Positions 8,962 through 16,214 of a stretch of DNA of 25,765 bases are shown here, in pieces. The translations under genes were made by a program, and so were the position numbers. Numbering within the stretch: the first letter of the stretch is position 1; each line of letters starts with the position of its first letter. Origin of the DNA: a virus (taxonomy: Duplodnaviria; Caudoviricetes); the IMG/VR virus record IMGVR_UViG_3300030372_001545, positions 1 through 25,765 of that record, one strand, 5' to 3'. The notes under the pieces were generated by a model. That model had not been told where the DNA came from. It did no database searches and saw nothing but the letters and a program-made list of their open reading frames with translations.

Positions 8962-10117
8962 TTTCCAGCATCTTAACTTTTTTCGTAAGTTCTTTTATTG
9001 ATTCGATAAGAAGCGGGGCTAATTTTTCATATTTAACTGCTTTATGACCATCTTCACGAGTAACCACAATTTCAGGACAAACTGTTTCTATTTCCTGAGC
9101 TATAATTCCAACATCTTTTTCCCTAACAAAGAATCCATCTTCACCACCTCTGTCTTTAATAACTTTTGCCTTCCAGTCAAAATTATATCCACCAATAGAC
9201 ATAAGTTTATCTAAGGGGTTTGCTATTGGTTTAATATTCTTTTTCATTGCAATATCTGAACCATAATAAGCAGTTACTTCATTAATTGCTCTTACTTCTC
9301 CAGTATGAGTAAATGTTATTTTATCGTTATAAGAGCCACCTGTTTTATTTAAAAAAGCCAAGGTGTGGTCAGTATTTAATCTTATTTTCCATAAGTCTTC
9401 ATCATCATTTTCATCATCAGCAGAAAATTCAATAGAGCAAGGATAAGTTGCGTTACCTTCAAGTTTTAAATTTGTAGCACCCGTATCATCCCTTATAACT
9501 AAATCGCCTTCAATATCAAAAGATGTTGTACCTTTCAATGACAGAGTAGTAGCGGCCATAGTTAATCCAGCAGTATTACCTGCTGTCATCGTAATAGTAT
9601 TAGTGCCAAAAGCAATTTTAGTATCAGTATCCCCACTATGAACCATATCACCGGGAATATATAAATCTCCACCAATAGTAACAGTTTGCGAAGAATTTAT
9701 TGATATACCAGTTGTTCCACCAGTAACTAAACTCACTTCATCAGTTCCAAATGAAAGATAAGTATTAGTATCTCCATCGTGAATAAGCTTTTCATCAATA
9801 GTTACATCTCCAAATGATTGGTCGGTAGACAAACTAACAGTTACAGTATTAGCTGAATAGTTAGTGCTAACACCAGTTCCACCTGCAATATCAACAGTTG
9901 AGCCTTGCTGAACAGTTCCACCGCCACCTCCATCTGCTTGTAAAGTGAATGTAGTTAACTGATTAGTATTAGTATCTGTATCCGTAGGGGTGGCCCAAGT
10001 TCCATCCTTTTTTAAGAATGTAGAACCACTGCCACCCCCCAAGTTTGCTAATGCTACCCCAGAAGGGAAGTCCCCTGAAGGACTTGATTCGTGTAGTACC
10101 TTTTTCCAACTAGCCAA
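8948..10117 (-). CDS. Distal tail fibre with C-terminal intramolecular chaperone (peptidase S74)
   Basis: Cleavage-site motif AYYGSDIAMKKNIKPI, then GYNFDWK, VGIIAQEIETVCPEIV, VKYEKLAPLLIESIKEL. Internal HDGDTNT/HSGDTDT repeats. TTG start with GGAG SD. Confidence 0.9.
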   Translation of the reverse strand: MASWKKVLHESSPSGDFPSGVALANLGGGSGSTFLKKDGTWATPTDTDTNTNQLTTFTLQADGGGGGTVQQGSTVDIAGGTGVSTNYSANTVTVSLSTDQSFGDVTIDEKLIHDGDTNTYLSFGTDEVSLVTGGTTGISINSSQTVTIGGDLYIPGDMVHSGDTDTKIAFGTNTITMTAGNTAGLTMAATTLSLKGTTSFDIEGDLVIRDDTGATNLKLEGNATYPCSIEFSADDENDDEDLWKIRLNTDHTLAFLNKTGGSYNDKITFTHTGEVRAINEVTAYYGSDIAMKKNIKPIANPLDKLMSIGGYNFDWKAKVIKDRGGEDGFFVREKDVGIIAQEIETVCPEIVVTREDGHKAVKYEKLAPLLIESIKELTKKVKMLENGNR

Positions 10118-10120
10118 TTT

Positions 10121-10357
10121 TTAGACTCCGTTTGGTGTAGATACTATTTCGGTGTTTGGTGGTTGATAACCAACAAATTCACCTGTTTTAGCTTTATGTG
10201 AGTCAAGGGCTTTTTGAAACTTACCTCTAAGTTTACCTATTCGTTCAGCTTCATTGCCTTTGACAGTAGATTGGTCGATTAATTGGATAACGAAAAAGGT
10301 CTCCAATGCTTCCAACTTCACATTATACTGCGGTTCAGTCTCTTTTTTCTGAGCCAT
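10121..10357 (-). CDS. Small helical fibre-associated protein, paralogue 2
   Basis: Likely start ATG 10357 after SD AAGGAGAG (track starts at 10408); shares L-x3-E-x2-F-x3-LID-x5-G-x3-E-x7-K-[LF]-Q with 11816..12019. Confidence 0.7.
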   Translation of the reverse strand: MAQKKETEPQYNVKLEALETFFVIQLIDQSTVKGNEAERIGKLRGKFQKALDSHKAKTGEFVGYQPPNTEIVSTPNGV

Positions 10358-10379
10358 TTGTTCTCTCCTTTTCTTATAT

Positions 10380-11816
10380 TTATGATATTCTGACGTAAGG
10401 TGTCCCACTATTCAAGTCATTATCTACTGCAATACTTCCTATAGGAGCTTGGTCGCCACTTGGAGTGCTATTGCTATTAGTACATAATGCAACTTGATGT
10501 ACGTTCTCTGTCCCTGCTGTTGCGCTTATATCATCAGCTGTCGTATCATCTTCATTCAGATTAGCGGCTACACCAGCCATATGTAAGTGACCAGTTCCAG
10601 CATCGTAATACAACATTGCATCAATCGCATTTGTAGTTACTACACCTTCTGTAGCGGCATCTCCACCACCTCTATCAAAAACAAGTCCCATATCTCTCCA
10701 AGAAGAAGTTCCTGCTCTTAGTTTGATTTGAGAATCTGCTACATTTACAGTTTCAACAGTTGTATTCGTTACAGTGCTTGTTCCAGTAACCTGTAAGTTA
10801 CCACCAACAATCATATTCCCACTTGTTTCAAGATTAGAGCTAAATGTCTTTGCTCCTGCAATAGTCTGAGTGCCAGTAGTTAAAATACCTGAAGCACTAC
10901 CTGACGCTGAAGGAATTGCGGCATCAGAACCCGTAGATGAATTACAAGTTGGGCCAGCAGTTGTTCCAGCTGTCCAAGATATGTTAGTAGCAACGTGCGG
11001 GGTATCGCAAGTATTTGCTGATGTTTGGTCAGCATTTGCATCAGTACATTTAGCCGCTGTATAACCCACTGCGATAGTTGAGCCTTGCCAAGTACCAGTA
11101 CCGATTGTACCTAATGTTGTGATACTTGTAGTACCAGCTGCCGCTATAGTAGCGCCAGCAATAGTTAAAGCATCAGTTTCTAGCGTACCATCAATATCTG
11201 CGTCTCCAGAGATATCTAAGCTACCAGCTTCTATTTCACCAGCCGACTTGATTTTAACAGCACTAGAGCCATCAATTAGGAAGTTGATATTGTTGTCGGT
11301 GCTAAAATCGATGTAAGCATCCGACCCACTATAACCAATCTTTAATCCAGAATTGTATATGCTTGTTATTCCAGTTTGAGCCGCAGTCACTGCAACTTCA
11401 GGTGTTGCTGTACTACCATCATTTACTGTGATACCAGTTCCTGCGTCTACACCTGTAACATCTCCTGAAGATGCAGATGCCCACGAAGGGATTCCTGAAG
11501 CAAGGGTTAAGACTTCTCCGTCAGTTCCCTTAGCTAATTTTGCTAATGTCGTGCTACCAGAAGCATATAAAATATCTCCCGCTGTCCACGACGCTATGTT
11601 TGTTCCTCCATTAGCAACGCCTAAGGTATTTGTTACGCCAATATCAGTACAGTTTGCCGCACCTGTAAAAGCAGTTGAAGCATTAGTCTCATCAAGGTCA
11701 ACCAAAAAGGTTCTACCAGTCTCTAATGCCGCCGCTTGAGATGCAACTGTAGTTATTGCCGCAGGGAAATCCCCAGCCGCTGATGATTCGTGGAGGAGTT
11801 TTTTCCAAGTTGCCAT
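10380..11816 (-). CDS. Middle tail-fibre segment
   Basis: 478 aa, G/T/A/S-rich with fibre motifs (LGVANGGT, GDILYASG, GTIGTGTWQG, QTIAGAKTF, GNLQVTGTST); N-terminus MATWKKLLHESS. Confidence 0.85.
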   Translation of the reverse strand: MATWKKLLHESSAAGDFPAAITTVASQAAALETGRTFLVDLDETNASTAFTGAANCTDIGVTNTLGVANGGTNIASWTAGDILYASGSTTLAKLAKGTDGEVLTLASGIPSWASASSGDVTGVDAGTGITVNDGSTATPEVAVTAAQTGITSIYNSGLKIGYSGSDAYIDFSTDNNINFLIDGSSAVKIKSAGEIEAGSLDISGDADIDGTLETDALTIAGATIAAAGTTSITTLGTIGTGTWQGSTIAVGYTAAKCTDANADQTSANTCDTPHVATNISWTAGTTAGPTCNSSTGSDAAIPSASGSASGILTTGTQTIAGAKTFSSNLETSGNMIVGGNLQVTGTSTVTNTTVETVNVADSQIKLRAGTSSWRDMGLVFDRGGGDAATEGVVTTNAIDAMLYYDAGTGHLHMAGVAANLNEDDTTADDISATAGTENVHQVALCTNSNSTPSGDQAPIGSIAVDNDLNSGTPYVRIS

Positions 11817-12019
11817 TATATGACCTCCTTATGATTCATTAACTGTTCCATTTTGTTCTGAAGTTTCAATTTTACTTGTAGAGCCAACTCCAGAAACTTA
11901 CCTTGATGGACTCCTTCGTCTATCAAGCGTAACATAAACCCTACTTCTTTAACGTTTAAACTATTATCAGGCCTTTCCTCTTCTTTTTTAGCCAGCGGTA
12001 TTTTATTCAACCCCGACAT
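11816..12019 (-). CDS. Small helical fibre-associated protein, paralogue 1
   Basis: Likely start ATG 12019 (MSGLNKIPL...; track starts at 12055); paralogous to 10121..10357; TAATG-coupled to the fibre gene. Confidence 0.7.
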   Translation of the reverse strand: MSGLNKIPLAKKEEERPDNSLNVKEVGFMLRLIDEGVHQGKFLELALQVKLKLQNKMEQLMNHKEVI

Positions 12020-12362
12020 ATAACTGACTATCCTTGTAGTAAACTCCACCTTCAATAGCCGTAGGAGTTCCTGATTGTTCTTTTAATTTTAGCACACCAT
12101 TGTAATCAATAGAGAATTTAACATCTGAATCATTAGCAAACTGAGCTAAGTTCCCATTTGATAAAGCACTACTTACACTATCTGAATCCGTAGATTCAAA
12201 TTCAAATCTTCCGTCATTGTCAGCATCAGTTCCACCAATTCCTGCTAAATCAAGAACCTCTACATCAGCTGAACCATTATCATAATAAAGTTTGTTATCA
12301 GTTTTTCTAAATATCAAGTTCGTATAAACTTGGGAAATTACATTATCTGTTAAAGTTGCCAT
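12003..12362 (-). CDS. Short proximal tail-fibre segment
   Basis: 119 aa with SD AGGAGGG; beta-rich; ends TPTAIEGGVYYKDSQLYVGVE. Confidence 0.65.
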   Translation of the reverse strand: MATLTDNVISQVYTNLIFRKTDNKLYYDNGSADVEVLDLAGIGGTDADNDGRFEFESTDSDSVSSALSNGNLAQFANDSDVKFSIDYNGVLKLKEQSGTPTAIEGGVYYKDSQLYVGVE

Positions 12363-12370
12363 ATTCCCTC

Positions 12371-12592
12371 CTAGACTGGCGTAAATGTTGTAGTTATAGA
12401 CTCAACTGGAGTAAAGACAGATTGGATTGATTCAACAGGTGAATAGATTGTTTCTATAGGTTCTATTGAGTTCCATATATCTTCTATAGCAAGAGAGTGA
12501 AAATAAGACTCTGTCACTTGATTGAAGTATACATTAGTAAACTCTGACAAGTTAAACGAACCAAAGTTTAATCCATTATATCCTTCTGGCAT
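12371..12592 (-). CDS. Small acidic repeat peptide in the tail module
   Basis: 73 aa with no Lys/Arg; three 10-aa repeats at the C-terminus; TAATG-coupled to the upstream gene. Confidence 0.6.
   Translation of the reverse strand: MPEGYNGLNFGSFNLSEFTNVYFNQVTESYFHSLAIEDIWNSIEPIETIYSPVESIQSVFTPVESITTTFTPV
12374..12463. repeat. Three degenerate 30-bp tandem coding repeats
   Basis: gactggcgtaaatgttgtagttatagactc / aactggagtaaagacagattggattgattc / aacaggtgaatagattgtttctataggttc, encoding EPIETIYSPV, ESIQSVFTPV, ESITTTFTPV. Confidence 0.75.
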
Positions 12593-13056
12593 TAAAACTC
12601 CACTGGGTTAATATTTATTGGTTGACCACTTCGTGCTTGATAGGCAAACCTCTTACCTAATTTAACACCTTTTTCAAACTTCATTCCATAGTACTGAGCA
12701 ATATCTAGAGTACCTTTTTTCTCGTGACCAAGCTGTATAGCTTTATCAACAAGATATTCGTGGAACTGTTCTGGGATATCGCTTCTTTGACTTAAAAAAT
12801 CTTTACCTACCTTATAACTGCCTGCACTTCCTGATACAGAAGCACCAAGATACAAACTACCAGAGACTGCTCTGTCATCTACTGACTGGTCTTCAAACTT
12901 AAAAGGGTCTCCTTTTTGGTAATAATATATATGAACATCTTTTGTAGCATCTGTTGGAGATGCAAACTGAGAAGCCTCATCTTTACTGGGGTCGTATTTA
13001 GCAACCCAAATTGCTCCCCTTTCTGTCCACCATACGAATTGAGCAGGAACCGCCAT
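12592..13056 (-). CDS. Head-tail adaptor-like protein, C-terminal half
   Basis: DIPEQFHEYLVDKAIQLG...AQYYGMKFEKGV matches the IP-x2-FH-x2-LV-x2-A helical C-terminus of podoviral adaptors. Confidence 0.6.
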   Translation of the reverse strand: MAVPAQFVWWTERGAIWVAKYDPSKDEASQFASPTDATKDVHIYYYQKGDPFKFEDQSVDDRAVSGSLYLGASVSGSAGSYKVGKDFLSQRSDIPEQFHEYLVDKAIQLGHEKKGTLDIAQYYGMKFEKGVKLGKRFAYQARSGQPININPVEF

Positions 13057-13739
13057 TAAAGAACTCTCCCTCTTAGATTATTAACTCCTTCTTTATACTG
13101 ATTAGTATCAGAATATGGATTCATACCCGGATTACTTCGTATACTACCCCTGTAGTCTCTCATCCCTAAAAGACCTTTTAATCCTTTAGCATCTTCTACT
13201 CCCCAACTTGCAACGTTATAGGGGTCTATCGCATTACCTCTAAAGCCCATATCTTCATTGATGTAAGTCCCAGCTTCACTTCCTCTTACATATTGGTCTA
13301 CACTTGTCATATCATTTAATTCTTGTTGATTTCTATAAGCAAAATTTTCAGGGTTATCAATTTCCTGATGAAAAGACCTTTGACTAAATTCATCGTGAAC
13401 TGTTTTATCAAATTCTGTATGCTGGTCTCTAAATGAAGTTCCATATACATTCATACGAGGCATTTGCTTTCCTACCTGAGTTCTATCCATAGGATTAGAA
13501 TGCACCCTAGAAGCATAATCAGCCGCTTCATTATAATCTTGTTTATCAGCATAGTTAGGAACAAAAGTCCTAAGAGCTCTTTGCATTAAGTTTCTATCAG
13601 GAGCTTCATATGCTTTAGCCTGCCCTAAGCCGTAATGTTCTGGTACTTCAGCTGGTGCTGATAAATCAGGAAGATTTGCTTTTCTAATTTCAAAACTGTT
13701 TTGATGAGGATTATTAAAAGGGTTGTTAAAAGGTTCCAT
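13056..13739 (-). CDS. Hypothetical N/Q/D-rich protein (possible internal virion / ejection protein)
   Basis: 227 aa with no Cys, polar and likely disordered; TAATG-coupled on both sides. Confidence 0.5.
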   Translation of the reverse strand: MEPFNNPFNNPHQNSFEIRKANLPDLSAPAEVPEHYGLGQAKAYEAPDRNLMQRALRTFVPNYADKQDYNEAADYASRVHSNPMDRTQVGKQMPRMNVYGTSFRDQHTEFDKTVHDEFSQRSFHQEIDNPENFAYRNQQELNDMTSVDQYVRGSEAGTYINEDMGFRGNAIDPYNVASWGVEDAKGLKGLLGMRDYRGSIRSNPGMNPYSDTNQYKEGVNNLRGRVL

Positions 13740-14002
13740 TATGTTAAATCCCTATGTTTAGGACGACCAGCGAGTCGATTTATAGTTTTACCATCGTAAT
13801 CCACCGAGCGAATTTCTAGTATATGGTCTGCAAGTTTATAACCTCGCTGGTTCGCCACTATATCAAATTTATCAGCAGATTCTAAAATCTTGGTTCTTGC
13901 TGAGAACTCATCCTGCGCTCTATTAAGTAGCTTCATAGCCTCAATAGTTCCTATTTCAGGATGTTGCTGATTTATAATTTCTACCATTTCTTTAAGTTTC
14001 AT
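13739..14002 (-). CDS. Head-tail adaptor-like protein, N-terminal half
   Basis: MKLKEMVE...LLNRAQDEF...VANQRGYKLADHILEIRSVDYDG matches adaptor N-termini (LN-x-A helix; Q-x2-Y-x-L; I-x2-V). Confidence 0.6.
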   Translation of the reverse strand: MKLKEMVEIINQQHPEIGTIEAMKLLNRAQDEFSARTKILESADKFDIVANQRGYKLADHILEIRSVDYDGKTINRLAGRPKHRDLT

Positions 14003-14726
14003 CTTGCCCCCTAGTCATACCTTCAAATTGAAACATCTGGTCATACTCTTGAGCTATAATTTGTCTTTGACTTTGTAACCATTTATAGTCTAAAGCAAAC
14101 TGCTGTTGTTCAGCTGTCATTGCTTGGGCTTTTGCGCTTGCCAATTCTACATCCTCATCATCTTCAATATAATATCTGACCTTCTCCCAACCTTGTGAAG
14201 CTTCAGCTGGGTCTGCGTGACCTCCATCAGAACTATCACTAAGAGTAGCAAGTGAATCTCTCATATCCATAAGTTTCTTATCACATAGTTTCTTAGCCGC
14301 ATAAAGTATTACTGCCCTATACCACTCTGCTGGAAAGTTTGCTATTGCAGAAGTAGTCTGATTAGCGTTACTAACAGCTCCATATTGAACTACATTTGCA
14401 GAAGCAGATGTTCCACTACCAAAGTTTGTAGCAGTTGGCATAGCCGCACCACTTGAGACACTCGCTAGATTATCAGTGTATTGAGCCCAATCATTTCCAG
14501 TGATTGTAGTCAGCAACTTAAATGTATTTAAAGCAGGCGAGCTACTAGTAGTTGCAGTACTTCTGTATATCTTTCTACTTGTTATGTTTAACAAGTCCTC
14601 CCTAGGCACATTATAGATTCTTACTTTAGCCGCACTTCCAGACTCAGTAATGCTTTTTACATTAGAGGGCCCAGTTTCTTTGCCATCTACATCTACATAA
14701 GTGAATCTGTAATGATAAGTTGCCAT
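13992..14726 (-). CDS. Fn3-like domain fused to an adaptor-like C-terminal half
   Basis: YHYRFTYVDVDGKETGPS...RKIYRS...FKLL...YTD, then IANFPAEWYRAVILYAAKKL and DDEDVELA helical region. Confidence 0.6.
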   Translation of the reverse strand: MATYHYRFTYVDVDGKETGPSNVKSITESGSAAKVRIYNVPREDLLNITSRKIYRSTATTSSSPALNTFKLLTTITGNDWAQYTDNLASVSSGAAMPTATNFGSGTSASANVVQYGAVSNANQTTSAIANFPAEWYRAVILYAAKKLCDKKLMDMRDSLATLSDSSDGGHADPAEASQGWEKVRYYIEDDEDVELASAKAQAMTAEQQQFALDYKWLQSQRQIIAQEYDQMFQFEGMTRGQDET

Positions 14727-15262
14727 TATAACCCTGAACTTACGGTTGCATCAGCATCAACTGCTCGTGAAATCTTCTTACTCGTAGATGTTTTATTGCC
14801 TTTTTGAGATACAGTTTGTTTACCTTGATTAGTACCTGATTGTTCATCTTGTTCTAATAAAGTTCCATTTAAAGTATCATCTGGTGGGGCCTGAAAATAA
14901 GTATCACCTCCGGGCACAGTAAACAAGGTCTGATTCATTATGTAATATACTGGAGCTGTTGTATGCGCATAGTAAATACTATCTTCATCCCAAGCATTGA
15001 ATCTTTCCTCAGGCTCTATTTCTCTTGCATTGAATCCTGCTAGATTAACATCAAGTATCTTAGCAGTAGTAGCAAGGGAAAGCCCAGCAGTGGTAACAGC
15101 AGTCTCAGAAGAAAACTGTTTTAATAACTCTGGCTTAACTGCCGCTATTCTTTGAATAACATCTCTAACTCCATCGCTATAGAATTGAGGTAATTCACTT
15201 GTATAACTAGTTATTGGGCCTGCAAGAAATTTTACTTGGTCATCAAATGAAACATCAGCCAT
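14726..15262 (-). CDS. Adaptor-like N-terminal half with a low-complexity tail
   Basis: DGVRDVIQRI...KILDV...DSIYYAHTTAPVYYIMNQTLFTVP followed by ~60 polar residues. Confidence 0.55.
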   Translation of the reverse strand: MADVSFDDQVKFLAGPITSYTSELPQFYSDGVRDVIQRIAAVKPELLKQFSSETAVTTAGLSLATTAKILDVNLAGFNAREIEPEERFNAWDEDSIYYAHTTAPVYYIMNQTLFTVPGGDTYFQAPPDDTLNGTLLEQDEQSGTNQGKQTVSQKGNKTSTSKKISRAVDADATVSSGL

Positions 15263-15390
15263 TACTTCTTAGCCTTTTTCTTCTTTGTGTTCCGCTTTTT
15301 GCGAGTATCTACCTTCTCACCTTCGAATGGTTTACCCGGAACTGTACTCGTTACTAACTGAGTATTAGTTTTTATTTTTTCATTCTGCAT
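15262..15390 (-). CDS. Small Lys-rich protein (42 aa, not in ORF track)
   Basis: SD AGGAG; MQNEKIKTNTQLVTSTVPGKPFEGEKVDTRKKRNTKKKKAKK; TAATG-coupled to the next gene. Confidence 0.7.
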   Translation of the reverse strand: MQNEKIKTNTQLVTSTVPGKPFEGEKVDTRKKRNTKKKKAKK

Positions 15391-15399
15391 TTATAACTC

Positions 15400-15675
15400 C
15401 TATTCGTAATAAACAACTGCTTTTCCAGCGGTCAAAGTAACATCAAGGCTAGTAGTAAAAGGTATTGGCTTTTCAAACCAAACAGCATTCTTAGCAATAA
15501 GGGCTATACAAGATGTATCGTCCTTTATTTCGCCAAGTGCCGCTGAACTACCAGAGAATCCCCAAAGTAAACCAGCAGTACCTGATGCTTCTACAGCACT
15601 TGTGCCGGTAATCTCTTTTAACTTTACTTTTTGTGCGCTCGAAGTGCCGTAGAATGTTTTTTCTATAGCCGCCAT
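15400..15675 (-). CDS. Small beta-rich virion protein (probable decoration protein)
   Basis: SD AAGGAG; C-terminus FEKPIPFTTSLDVTLTAGKAVVYYE; located downstream of the capsid genes. Confidence 0.55.
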   Translation of the reverse strand: MAAIEKTFYGTSSAQKVKLKEITGTSAVEASGTAGLLWGFSGSSAALGEIKDDTSCIALIAKNAVWFEKPIPFTTSLDVTLTAGKAVVYYE

Positions 15676-15690
15676 AGCGTATCTCCTTAG

Positions 15691-15721
15691 TTAAATACGG
15701 GCCCCCAGAAGAGGGCCCGTA
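15691..15721 (-). terminator. Intrinsic terminator-like hairpin after the capsid/decoration genes
   Basis: Perfect 9-bp stem tacgggccc (15696-15704) / gggcccgta (15713-15721) with an 8-nt loop and a short T-rich tail on the minus strand. Confidence 0.75.
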
Positions 15722-15729
15722 CATTATTA

Positions 15730-16203
15730 TTAAGAGGGGTCAGCCCCTATTCCTGTAATGGACATTCCAGCTTGAGGAACAGCTCCATCATACCAAATCT
15801 CAGTAGCTTCATCAATAGCACTAGTGCCATCAGCCGCTGTAAACAGGATGCGAACATACTCTGCATTTTTTGGTAATAAGAACGCCTCAAGTGTATCGTC
15901 GCCCATAGCTCCAGTGGCGGCGTCGCCTTCTGTTGCTTTGGCGGAAACCCAAGTTTGAGAACCTAAAGCTCTACCATTTGGGTCTGCACCGATACCTCCA
16001 ATAGAAATAGCCGCAGAATCCATCGTGTACTGCAATACAGCAGTTACACCAGTTGACTCATCTGCTTTGGCATAGACCATACCTTTACCCTTTACGGCTA
16101 AAGAACTTCCAGCAGTATCTACATCTGCACCAGAAGCCGCCGCAACAGATACTGTTTCAGAACACTTAACGTATCCCTCTGACTTAGTGTATGCGTGTGC
16201 CAT
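15730..16203 (-). CDS. Probable capsid decoration / cement protein
   Basis: Immediately follows the MCP with strong SD AAGGAGG and precedes the terminator; beta-sandwich-like (VLQYT...AEYVRILFT). Confidence 0.6.
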   Translation of the reverse strand: MAHAYTKSEGYVKCSETVSVAAASGADVDTAGSSLAVKGKGMVYAKADESTGVTAVLQYTMDSAAISIGGIGADPNGRALGSQTWVSAKATEGDAATGAMGDDTLEAFLLPKNAEYVRILFTAADGTSAIDEATEIWYDGAVPQAGMSITGIGADPS

Positions 16204-16214
16204 TTTCTACCTCC

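Noticed and set aside
7924-11816. Diversity-generating retroelement or invertible fibre cassette
   Set aside because: No reverse transcriptase or invertase, no near-identical template/variable repeat pair seen. The shared fibre starts are short, direct and diverged at synonymous sites.
12374-12463. CRISPR-like mini-array
   Set aside because: The repeats are contiguous, degenerate, in-frame coding repeats with no spacers.
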